In this document: one piece after another, positions 12,787-24,299 of the stretch | Numbering within the stretch: position 1 is the first letter of the stretch | How the letters are laid out: each line of letters opens with the position of its first letter | Source: Camelus dromedarius | Lineage: Eukaryota | Assembly (NCBI RefSeq): GCF_036321535.1 | Contig: NC_087437.1 | Coordinates: forward strand, 14,324,001 to 14,388,000 | Reading direction: 5' to 3' | DNA: 64,000 bases | Made by a program: the position numbers and the translations under genes | Notes under the pieces: model-generated | The model's database searches: none | Seen by the model: only the letters and a program-made list of their open reading frames with translations | Told to the model about the DNA's origin: nothing

Positions 12787-13678
12787 TGTTGACTGGACAA
12801 AAAAAAAGGCACAACGTAAGAGTTGTGAATTAAGTTTTATTTGGGGCCAAGTGGGCTCTAGCCTGGGAGATGGCCTCCCAGACAGTTCTGAGGAAATGTT
12901 TCAAAGAGGGAAGGAGGAGGTCAGTATATACATGATTTTAGCGAAGGAGGTACATGCAATCAAGCACATATTTTGGCAGAGAGTTGCTGCTAATCACGAG
13001 GAGCAGATGTCTCCGCTAATAATTTTAGTGCTTTTCTAGATAGGAAAAGATGCAAGAAATTGGGCTCACAAAATCTTCTCCTGAAAATTCTAACTTTTTG
13101 AAGTTCTGTTCTGTCAGTTTTTCCCAGAGCAGAGAGTGCATCGTTCTTCTTGCATATCACTTGGCAGTGTTAGGAGGGTAAGTAAGATAATGTGCAGGAT
13201 AGGTTTCTAACCATCAGAATATACTACACAGAGATAAGATATTATTATTATCTCCTCAAATCAGGGGATCAGCAACAATCTGTTAAAGTCTCTTCAACCC
13301 CTTTTTTCCTCATTCAATTATTTCTGTATATTACTGCCAAACTAATTTCCTGAAACTACACTTTAAAAAATGTTAATCTTCTACTCAATTACTCATAATT
13401 GCTCCTTGTAATTGCTAAGTGCTATGTTTTAAAACTGAGTTCTACAGAGCCATAGAGTTCCAGGTGGCTGACTCAGGTCCCCTAAGGGTGAGAAGGGCAG
13501 ACCTAGACCATGTGTCTCCCATTCACTGTTTAATTGCCTTTTCTGTTGGAATTTCCAAATAATGGAATAGGATCTCCACCCTGAAGTCCTTTTAGGGTGT
13601 GTGGAAGGTCAGCGACTACAGTGGCTGGTGACCTAACCCTTGTAGAGGAAGATGGCAAGTGACAATTTTTAGTTGGCA
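12787..13678 (-). mobile_element. MER41-like ERV1 solo LTR in two pieces (12787-13146 and 13571-13678)
   Basis: TG...CA termini with near 4-bp TSD cttc/catc; both halves resemble remembered artiodactyl MER41-type LTR sequence. Confidence 0.7.
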
Positions 13679-14849
13679 CATCCAATGTTACTGGTGCAAA
13701 AACTAGGAAACGCTTGAATCAACAACTTTTACTTTCTCATCATTTTCCCACTGATGCCTCCTTTGCCAAAATACAGGCTGAAAAGAGTTGAGGACGAGAA
13801 AGGCAGAGAAACATTCTACCCACCTACCTCTCCCAAACTTACTTCCATCTCTACCCAAACGCTTTAAATGGTATTCTCCCCCAAAGTTCAGCAGGCATTT
13901 TCCTTTAAAATATATATTTTCTTATTACAAAAGCAACAGATATTTATGTCAAAGACTTTTAAAGAGACAGAGAAGGAAAAAAGTGGGGAGGGAGGGGAGT
14001 AGAGAAAAGACGCCTGAACCCACCACCCGGAACTCACAGTCGCTGGTATGTTGTTCTCCATCTTCAAAGTTTTTAAGTGCACATTTAATAGAAAATGAGT
14101 ACATTCTGTATGTATTACTTCAAATTAGAGTTTTTTTTTTCCACTAAAGGTAGCAATTTTCCTATGATAGGTTACAAGCTTTTTAGCCTAAGTCAGCACT
14201 TCTCAAATTTCTTCCACAGAACACTATTTCTGTGGTCAGTTAATACACAGTTGGGGGAAAAGGGGAGAAAGGTTATGATCAAATCCATTTGGGAACTCAG
14301 AAATGCTGCGTTAAATATAGTCAAACAAGCTTCTTTATCTCAGGGCTTCCAAGCATCTTTGACATGCTGGTGGGTGTTATAAATCCACAGGATGAGGACT
14401 AGAATATGTAGTATTTTCCAATTTGTTGAACCGCAGAATCCTTTGCTCCTCTAAGAATTTAAGAAAACTTTTATTCCACCACACATTCTGGGAAATGCTG
14501 GCCAAAATCATTAGGAGCTGAAATCAAACCCTCTCATTTCTCATGGACATTTAAGGCACAATTTTCCCATCCCCAAAGAACTTTATAAAATTTTGTTGCA
14601 AATACATTACTTGGAAAAAATATAACTGAACTTTCCTGTAGTTACTCTTAATGTTATTTTGCCTTATTCAGTATAATTCATCAGATAACATTTATTTTTA
14701 AGGAAAACAGTGGAAACATTTTAAGGAAAACAGTGGCAACCAACATATTGTTGGTTGAGAATGGGTGCTCCACTGGGGAAAAATAATCAATGTGAACATT
14801 CTTTATTAGAGTAAGAATTTTTTGTTGTTGTTTTGCTTTATTTGTTTTT

Positions 14850-15020
14850 TATAAAGACTTCATTTTTTTAAGAGCAGTGTTTGGGTCAGAGTAAAATTGA
14901 GAGGAAGGTACAGAGATGTCCCATTTTCCTCCTGCCCCCACATATGCACAGCCTCTCCCATTATCAGGTAACATTTGTTACCACTGATGAAACTTCATTG
15001 ATGTGTTATAATCACCAGAG
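14850..15020 (-). mobile_element. Old L1 (L1MC/MD-type) 3' end
   Basis: ttttttaagagcagt...aaaattgagaggaaggtacagagat...gcacagcctctcccattatca. Confidence 0.75.
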
Positions 15021-16534
15021 TAAGGTTTTACAAATTTCCAGTAAATCCTGCTTAACATTGTTCTTTTTAGCAACATTAATGTCCATAGGACTAATGTCCA
15101 CAGCAGTCACAGTCAGAATGCTCTAGCAGTACCATGAATTCTAGCCTCAAACTTACCATTGCCTCATTCCTGGTGTATAGTGGCCCATGGTGCAACAGAA
15201 TTTTATTTTCATATTGTCTTAGTTCACAAGGATATACTTGGAGTTATTTTATACAGTCATGAGATCTTTGGGCAAAATGGTAGAGAGGACAAACTCCAGA
15301 AGTCTGGCCAGTCCCAGCCCTCTTCTGAGATACTTCCTGTAGGTCAAAGGTGGTCAAAGCCAGCTAGCTCAGGGGAGAGCATCTGACCTTAAGAGACCTG
15401 ATCTACTGGGATAGTGATCACCTGAAGCAATCAGATGTGGAGAGCCGGGTTGTGGTTCAGAGAGTCAGTGAGCTGCTGATACAGGGCAAAATGGAAATAG
15501 AAAGAGTAACAGAGTCATGCAGCAGGTACATACTAAGATAGAAGACACAGGAACCCGTTTTTGGAGACTTCTGAAGCCTAGATGACCTCCAGAACCCCAA
15601 CACATGAGTCCCTATTGCCATGTCACCGTGAGGCTTGGCTGTGCCATTTTCCCTGAGTGAGGCTGGCCAGAGGGTTGAGATTCTTGTTTTGCTACTTTCC
15701 TTAGTATTTTCACAATGAATTCGCCTTGAGCAATAATGAGGAAGACTGTTCCTTTCAATGAGAAGAGCCCAGCTCCCACAGCTGGAAAACACAGCTGGAA
15801 AAAAATGGTGACTGCTTGGCCTTCTTACTGCTGCCTTGATAAATCACTTGTCTCAACAGCAGAGGAGGGAGGATGTCTGCATCTTATTGGCTGAAACTAC
15901 CTTGGACATTGCTCCAGAGCTTCAGATCTTTAGCCTAAGGGTTGCAATGTGCTTTGGTGCATCTGTGAATCCTCTGATAGTGTATGTAGCATTTTTTGCC
16001 TAGGTACATTTCTCAAGGGTGAAGTCCATTAATAATGTTCCTTAGACTCTCAAAGGTGTCCCTAATGCAAAAATGGTTATAGATAGAAAGAAAAATCTAG
16101 GCCTATTTGTTTTTGATCCATGAGCGTTTTCTGTAGATCAAATATCTTGACTCTCTATATTAAAATATCAGGATTTCTTGTGATTTCTCTGAATCCATTC
16201 TGCATAACTAAGTTCTATTTTCCTTGGATCTCTCCCAGCTTGGCATTGCTAGTTTTATCTTAAAAGAAATGGCAATGTGTCTCTATCTGATGCATAAATA
16301 AATAGCACTGAAAAAAATGAACAGAGAGCCCAAAATCTCCTTTTAAGTTGTAAGGTGACATCTTTTTGTGGCCTCAGAGTGAAGCCAAAGCTTCAAGTTG
16401 AGCATACATCCACCTATAAAATCATCTACATCTCTATGCTTGTTCTGTTTCCTTCCTTCTTGCTCAGGTGTAAACTCTCCTCTGCTTTCTCTCTCACCCA
16501 CCAATAACTTCAAATTCCAGGGAATGTAGGAAGA

Positions 16535-16800
16535 AAAGGAGAGAGCTCATGAAGTCACTTTGATAATGAATAAGAGAATGAAAATCTTTGAAAATGCCAA
16601 AAACCCAGCTGAAGTTAAAAAATAAAACGATCTCATGATAATGTTGAAGTCTACCCATAAGGCGAAAGGAGAGAGCCAGAGAAGTCAGTTTCTGTAGATG
16701 AAGATAAGAATAAAAATCCTTGAAAATGCTCAAACCACAAAAGCTGAAAAATAAAAATTCTCTCACAAATGTGTTAAAAATCTACCCAGGAAAGGAGACA
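16535..16800 (+). repeat. Diverged tandem repeat, period ~130 bp, two units plus the start of a third
   Basis: aaaggagagagc..gaagtca..aaaatc(t/c)ttgaaaatgc..aaaaataaaa..tctca..tctaccca recurs at 16535 and 16665; aaaggaga recurs at 16791. Confidence 0.8.
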
Positions 16801-17469
16801 TTTTTCACTGAAATTAATTTTTTTTTGGCCTTGAGATAATGATGCTGAGACAGCAAAGCAGACTCAAGTTATGACCTCAGCTTAATGGAGAAAGAAGTGA
16901 AACAAGGAATCTGTGTAACCTGTAGGTGCTTGGTGAGGGGGCAGCTCCCAGGCCTGTGGTCAGATCAGTGACCCATGCGCTCTTCATGTCCATCACAGGA
17001 AGGGCAGAAAGTAATGGGTAAATCCCTTGAGATGAATGGTCAACTGAAAGGAGAAGGGCACACACAAGAACTCATGGTCTCACAGGTTGGCCCCTGCAGA
17101 ATAGTCCAGAAACATAAATCTTTGGAAGGCTCCAGGGATGGCTTCCAAATACTACTCTTATTTCTCTCCCTTTGGATCAAGGGCAGTGTTAGTTTTCACT
17201 GTCTAAAAGATGTTTATGTTTTAATTCTTGCCTATTAACTTTTGTTTGGAAACTGTCATCTCTTTGCTCAGAGAACAGGAACAAATAGAAATTTTGGAGG
17301 AGAATTTTTAAAAATGGGTAATGGTTCAATTTTAAAAATACATATATGTATAAATAAAACAGTGGATTTATTGTTAAATTCCCTTGACAAGTCAAGAAAG
17401 CTAAAATATATTATTCCCGTTTTTCTTTCTTTTAAAAATTTTTGAAATGCAACAAACAAACTGAAATGT

Positions 17470-17725
17470 GTCTAAAAACATCACTGTTGTATGATATTCC
17501 GCTGTGAGACTGTACCACAGTTTATCTGTTTTCCTGTTAATAGACACTGGGTTGTCCCCACGAAGGCTATTACAGGGAATGCTGCTATGAACATTCTTAT
17601 GAAAGCCTTTTGGTGCACATGGTGTGTATTTCTGTAGGGTATATACCTGGGGATGGATTGCTGGGGCATTAAAGTATGTGTGTCTTTAGCTTTGTTAGAC
17701 ACTGCCAGACTTTCAAAGTAGGTAC
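17470..17725 (-). mobile_element. Old L1 (L1M) fragment
   Basis: gctgctatgaacattctt...gggtatatacctggggatggattgctggg ORF2-end motif. Confidence 0.75.
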
Positions 17726-19619
17726 ACCACGCTAGACTTTCCTATTTTTAATTACTATAATGGTATGCCCAAGTCGCGTGGTTAAGGACTGCACCTGGTT
17801 TTCCTGGCAAGAATCGGTTGGTAAATTGGTTGAGGAAAAATTCTGTTTGCCACCTCTTGTTTTCCTTGATTAAATTTCTCCCAGTGATACACTACTTCAG
17901 ACATTATTTCTCTTGCCTCTGCCGTGATAATACAGTCATTTTAAAAATCAGCCTTTGACCGGTAACAGTATAGCTATGCAAGATGGGATTGGGGGACCCA
18001 GAAAAAAGCCAATACCAGGGGAAAAATTTGCATAGGACATAATTTCCCTGGGGCTTAAAGCACCTATATTAAAGCTTCCGTGATGTATAGTACAATCTGG
18101 TTTGTTTTTTTTATTCTTTTTTTAAGGCTATTTAAGTGATGCCAATGTAGCAGAATGATTTAACACAGTTAAATGCCAGACCGGGGTTTTAAATACCAAT
18201 TTTTTTCTTTAAAGTTGGATCCCTCCAGGATATTAAGAGGATGCAAGCATCTTCACGGCAGTCTGTCACCTTGTGGCTCCAGAAATTGAAAGCTCATCAT
18301 GTTCATGGATCAGCACCATTTCTACTTATTAATATTTTTAGTGGCTGCCTATAAATCAGGCACAAAGTGAAGGGCCTTTAAAAATAGCCTTCTCAGTTTA
18401 CTCTGCTAAAAGGAATTGTTTAAATCAGCATCTCCCTCCTGTCTTCCCTCCTTGCTGACCTCTCCCTAATTATGGGAATGCACCTGTGTCAGATCCAGGC
18501 CCACCAAGGTCTCCAAAGATTTACCATCACTGGCCTTTGCTTCTGCAAAACTCTTGTGAAAATCATCATTTTGTCCTTTGATCAAAGGACAGGCTCTAAT
18601 AATTCAAAATTGGGAGACGAAGTTTGGCTTGTGGCTGAAGTTTGGTTCAGCTTACCTAAGCCCTGGGCAATAAAGAGATGTCACATTAAAGGAAGTCACA
18701 TTAAAGAAAGTAAATCATTTGCATGCTTGAAGTGAAGTCAAAGATGGTCTGCTCTGTGACGATTGTGACAATTATACACAATTGGGTTTATGTATTGTGT
18801 GTGTTTGTGTATTAAAGGTTCAGAGGAACACATGGGCACCAATATATTTCATGAGCTTATCATTTTATATGCATATAAAAAATGATACAATCCCTGATGT
18901 TAAGGAGATTGAAATATGTCAGAAGATTATATATATAATGGGAATAACTGAAAAGCAAGTGTTAGGATGTATAGAGCAGTAGAACAGGACTTCAGGAATT
19001 CAGACAAGGACTAACTCCACAAAGTCAGGAACTGAAGTGAGGACCAGAAGAGAGCTTGAAGGAAGCTGGACAGGCAAGGAAAGAGCAAGGTCAGGAAAAG
19101 CACCCACGAGGCATGGTGATGGCCTATGAAGATGGCAGAGAGGCTGGACCGCTGTGGCCAGGTTGTAGTTGGTAGCTATGAGAACTGAGCTGGCTCTCTG
19201 GGTGTGGAGATCCATCTACAGGTGGAGGTGTGGCAAAGACTTGCCACTGACTCTTCCTAAACATGGCAGAATAATGATAGGAGTACTTCTGGAAAGATGA
19301 ACTCATCATGATTAATATCAGGGCATCGACAGGCAAGGAGAAGTATTCTGGCCTCATTGAAAAAGAATTGGTTAAATACTTTCATTGCCAAACACAGTTG
19401 AGCAGATGGTGCATCGTGATATAAATGGCAACCAGTAGGGCTGAGCATGTACAACCGAAAGATGTTTTGTTCGGGGATGGAGAAGTCTGGGAGAGCAAAA
19501 AGCCATCTAATCTCCCATAGGAATCATAGTATTAGAATTTTATAAAATGACCCCCCCCATCAAAACTATATATGTGTATTAGAACTTTACATAAATACTA
19601 ACATTAACGTATTAAAAAT

Positions 19620-20060
19620 ATACTGTTTGATTTCCATACAAACGCTAGTCCAAGAATGTTCGCAGAAGCATTCCAGCCCAAGACTGGAAACAACCCAAAA
19701 GCCCACCATCAGGTAAATGGAAAACAAACAGGAGTACATCCATGCAGTGCTATCGCACTGCAGTAAAAAAGAATGAATGGCTGATACATGCAGCAACCCG
19801 GATGTATTTCACACTGTACGATTCCATTCATACAAAAAGAAAACGCTTAATAATCTACAAAGAGCAGATAAGATGTGACCTGGAGGCCAGGGTGCAAAGA
19901 GGGACTGCAAAGGTGCAAAAGGAAACTTTTGGGAGCAAAGGAAAAGTTCTTTATCATGATTGTGGTGGTTTCAGGAGTGTATCTGGTGAAAAGTCATTGA
20001 ATTATATGCTTTAAATATGTGCAGTTCACTGTATATAAGTCGTAACACAATAACTTCAAT
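19620..20060 (+). mobile_element. Old L1 (L1MC/ME) 3' fragment
   Basis: gaatgttcgcagaagca...ctggaaaacaaccc...aaagaatgaat...tatgtgcagttcactgta. Confidence 0.75.
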
Positions 20061-20309
20061 TAAAGAGAGAAGCTAAAATTCCAAATATTTTCTTTCAAAA
20101 ATTATATTGCTAGAGTTGAGTTACCAATTAGTGGTGACTGCTTAGTTTTTAACCCTTCAGTATATTTTAAAAAGATTTATATGTTCTAATTCTTGCCTAT
20201 TAACAATTTTTTTTTTGCTTGAAAATGTCATCTAGTTCCTTTGGAGAATAAGAGAAAACAGATATTAGAATGGATCAGAAATTTAATTCAATGAAGCAAT
20301 TGAATTAAA

Positions 20310-20475
20310 TTTTTTTTTATGTTTTTAATTTTTATATTTTTATTTTTTGAGGGAGTGTTTTTTAAAGTTAAATGCAGTCACTTACAGTGTGTCAATCTTT
20401 GGTGTACAGCATAATGTCCCAATCACACATACACATATGTATATTCATTTTCATATTCTTTTTCATTAAAGTTTA
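20310..20475 (-). mobile_element. Very short lineage-specific L1 3' end
   Basis: ggtgtacagcataatgtccc...ttttcatattcttttt after a T-rich tail. Confidence 0.8.
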
Positions 20476-20668
20476 TTGAATTTTGAGAATTAAAAAATTA
20501 TTTTCCCACTCATATTGCCTGAGTGTGTATTTTAAAATGGAAATACGTTTCAATATCTCATAAAAAGTTGTTACTACTTCCCCTGATCTTTTACTGATAT
20601 CACAGAAAATTCAAGTTGAGTCAATAAATTGGATCATTTCCCAGCTAATTTTCCTCTTATTAGGTATT

Positions 20669-20681
20669 TGCTGAGTCAGCA
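20669..20681. promoter_or_regulatory. Perfect T-MARE (Maf/CNC site)
   Basis: TGCTGAGTCAGCA with AT-rich flanks in non-repetitive DNA. Confidence 0.5.
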
Positions 20682-21213
20682 GAAAAATCCATCCTGGTTT
20701 AGCTCCAGTGAATGAAATGACAGCTTATGACACACTTGTCACAGGAACTAGGGACGCTGAAGAGCGACAGGCAAACTTTAAAGGGCTTCTTTCACATGAG
20801 GCGGCGTGGCTTTCTTTCTTTAGGATAATCTTTTCTTTTTCTCCATGGAGGATGAGCCAATTACAGTCATAGCTGAACAGAAAGGGGTTTTTACACCTTT
20901 GATCATAAAGATATTAATCACCATTCTGCTAGTGAGTCTCTGTGGTTTGGTCTTATCAATTATTAATTTGTAAAGTGTGAGTTTGTCATTTCTTATTGAA
21001 ATGCTGTCTATCCATATTTGGTATACGTGGAATGGAGGCTAAGCAAGGAGGCTGTCACTTCACCCAATTATGAATATGTCAGACCCGTGTTTGAAAAAAA
21101 ATTGCAGCTGGAAAAATGTTTTGCTTTTATACATTTAGCTGATGCCATCCAGGACTTGAGCTTTAAACCTTCTAAATGTACGATTTGTAGGGTCCATCAT
21201 AATGCATTTAGAG

Positions 21214-21375
21214 CAGTGGTTCTCAACCTTGATTGCACTTGTGAACCACCTGAGGAACTTTTTAAATCTGTCAAAGCTGGGCCCCACCCCCAAAGATTCT
21301 GCCTTCATTGGTCTGTGACGAGGCCCAGGCAAAAGTATTTTTAAAAACCACTCCAGGTGTTTCAGTCAAGACGGC
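21214..21375. mobile_element. MER5-type hAT element
   Basis: cagtggttctcaacc...gggccccacccccaaagattctg...tttttaaaa. Confidence 0.75.
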
Positions 21376-21539
21376 ACGCTACCTATTTAGAGGCAGGACA
21401 GTGCTTTTTCAATGTACTAAACAAATGGAATATATATAAGTTTTTATAGTCCACATTAATTCAAAAGGGCTTAAAAATGGGTTCCAAAAACATATTCATC
21501 CAAAGATTTTTTTTCAACTCTGAAAATTATAATTAAATA

Positions 21540-22190
21540 AATGGAAATTGAAACAAGAATGAGGTACCATTTTCCCATATTGGCAAAAAATGTAAACCAT
21601 TGATGATAGCCAGTGATGATGAGAACATGTGGAAATGGTCATGCTGATACAACACATGTAAGAGTGTTAATTGGTGCCAGTTCCCTGAAGGATAGTTTAG
21701 TAACATCTATCAAATTTTTCAAGTCTTGTATTAATTGTTCTCTCAATTTCACTGCTAGGAATTTACTTGCAAAATTTCACCCAGATATAGGTTTAGGAAT
21801 ATTCATTGAAAAATTTTTTGTAGTAGCAAAAGCCTGGAGAAAACCAAAGAGTCCATCATTCAGGAGACCAGTTAAGTAAATTTTGATACATTAACAAGGT
21901 AGAATACTATGGAGACGTTAAAAAGAGGTGCTCCTTCCAAGAATACTGATATCAAAAGATCTCCAGGATATATTATTAGGTGAAAAAAATATGCAGAAAA
22001 TTTTGTACAGTATGCTCTCTTTTGTGTAAATTTAAATAAATGTAATTTAAAATAAATGCTCATAAATGGACCTTTTTTTTTCCTTGAAGGAAATATGGCT
22101 ATCTTCAGGAAAATGGACTTTAATAGAAGTTATTTTTTATTTTTATTTTGTACTTTTCTGTACTGTATGAATTTTCTAACTACATAGAGA
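21540..22190 (+). mobile_element. Old L1ME-type fragment
   Basis: Degenerate ORF2-end and 3' UTR motifs. Confidence 0.65.
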
Positions 22191-22285
22191 ATGATAACTT
22201 CATATATAAAAAGATGTCTATATGAAGATATATATTATATATATGTGTGTATGTACATATAAATATATATAGAGAGAGTGGGGAG

Positions 22286-23230
22286 CAGATCATGGAGATA
22301 TTGCAGGTTTGCTACCAGACCACCTCAGTAAAGTGAAAATTACACTAAAATGAGTCACACAAATATTCTGGTTTCCCAGTGCATGTAAAAGTTCCATTTG
22401 CACTATACTGTAGTCTATTAAGTGTGCAATAGCATTATGTCTAAGAAAGTACATGTCTTAATTTAAAAATTCTTTCTATTTATGGAATGGAATACTACTC
22501 TGTCATAAAAAAGAATAAAATAATGCCATTTGTGGCAACATGGATGGACCTAGAGATTGTCATTCTAAGTGAAGTAAGCCAGAAAGAGAAAGAAAAATAT
22601 CACTCATATGTGGAATCTAAAAAAAAAAAAAAAAAAAAAACTGACACTATGAACTTACCTACAAAACAGAAACAGACTCTCAGACTTAGTAAACAATCTT
22701 ATGGTTACTGGGGAAAGGGGGTAGGAGGGGATAAATTTGGGAGTTTGATATTTACAAATGTTAACCACTACATATAAAAATAGATTTTAAAAGAAGTTTC
22801 TTTTGTATAGCACAAGGAACTATGCTCAATATCTTGTAGTTACCTTTAATGGAAAAAATAAAATTGAAATGAATATATGTATGTATATGCAAGACTGGGA
22901 CATTATGCTGTACACCAGAAATTGATACATTGTAATTGACTTACTTCAATTAAAAAAAAAATTGTTGCTAAAAGCCATCATCTAAGCCTTCAGTGAGTCA
23001 TAGTAGTAACATCAAAGCATCAAAGGTTATTAATCACAAGTCACCATAACAAATATAATAATATGAAAGAGTTTGAAATATTGTGAGAATTACCAAAATG
23101 TGACACAGGACATAAAGTGAGCAAATACGGTTCAAACAATGGCACCAATAGATTTACTTCATGCAGGATTGCCACAGACCTTCCATTTGTAAAAAATGTA
23201 TCTGCACAGTGCAGTAAAACAATGTGTGCG
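22286..23230 (-). mobile_element. Internally deleted Tigger1 derivative, split by L1
   Basis: ggagatattgcaggttt...tttcccagtgcatgtaaaag and gcaggattgccacagaccttccatttgtaaaaa are reverse Tigger1 ends. Confidence 0.9.
22480..22961 (+). mobile_element. 5'-truncated lineage-specific L1
   Basis: [35 protein letters not shown] is the ORF2 end; 3' UTR and A tail follow. Confidence 0.95.
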
Positions 23231-24299
23231 TATATATACGTGACATAATATATGAGTCACAAAAATAACTAATCACAAAAATTAGAGTTTTCTGGGAGGC
23301 TAGATGATGTTTCATTTTTTTCTTTATAATGTAAACATTTAAAAGTGAGGAGATCAAGAATAAGAGTTTTTAAAAATTAAAAAAAATAAGATGAAAATAT
23401 GAGTAATTTGGAATACAAAATCCATGTCTTAAGGTCCCTGTGGCTGCTGACTGCCACATATTTGGCTCTGATCTGACACCCAGTAAAATAAAGGAAACAC
23501 CATCCAATCAATTACATGACTCATGATGCCTGTGAGATGAAAATACGTTTGTAGGGGAAGCCTAGCAATTCATGAAATGTTAAGTGCACTTTTTTAGGTG
23601 GATCTTCAAGAGGAGAATACTGTGTGCAATTACAGGGAAGCACCTTCAACAGTTACTCACAAAAAGGCTGGACATTTTGATCCATTTTACAGAAGAGAAA
23701 ACTGTACCAGGGCCTCAGTTACTGGCCCTTCCTGCTGAGATGGTATTATTCTTAGCTGCAATAAATGGCCTGTTCAGCTGATGTGGCTACTGATCACAGA
23801 AGCCAAACACCTTCACTGCCACCGTCCCCAAAAAACAGATCCCTTTGTTCTTTCACAAACCAAAGTATCCTATGTGACATGTGATCGGTGGCCCCGAGGT
23901 CACGTGACTATGTTGCAGCTGTAAAGATAGTTGGGAAAATGGGACATGTCTCATAATATGGTGTGTTTTCTCCAGTGTGAGGGCAGGAAATTCACAAGAT
24001 GCAAGTTGGTCAGAAAAAAGGACAAATGCCCAGCAAGGGTCCAAAGCTTACCCAGGATGAGGGTCACACAGCACTTGGTATCTCTGATTATGCTTTGCAT
24101 TATAACTCTTGTTTTGCTATCAGGAAGTTCTACTTACACTTTGTCTTAACTGTAATGTCTTTACCAGTACCAACACCAATTCTAAAAACATATAAACTAA
24201 TGTGAGCTAAAGGTTTGAACATGCCTCTGTCCTATAGCCCCAGATGCTCATGGGCTTTCAAACACGAAAAAAACTGACGTTAAAATTCAGTGCATAATA

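Noticed and set aside
18980..19460. Purine-rich block; minus-strand peptides faintly resemble Gypsy integrase (LYHDAPSA, LSSHSYQLQ)
   Set aside because: The motifs are short, in different frames and lack catalytic context; I cannot support a pseudogene or retroelement call without a profile search.
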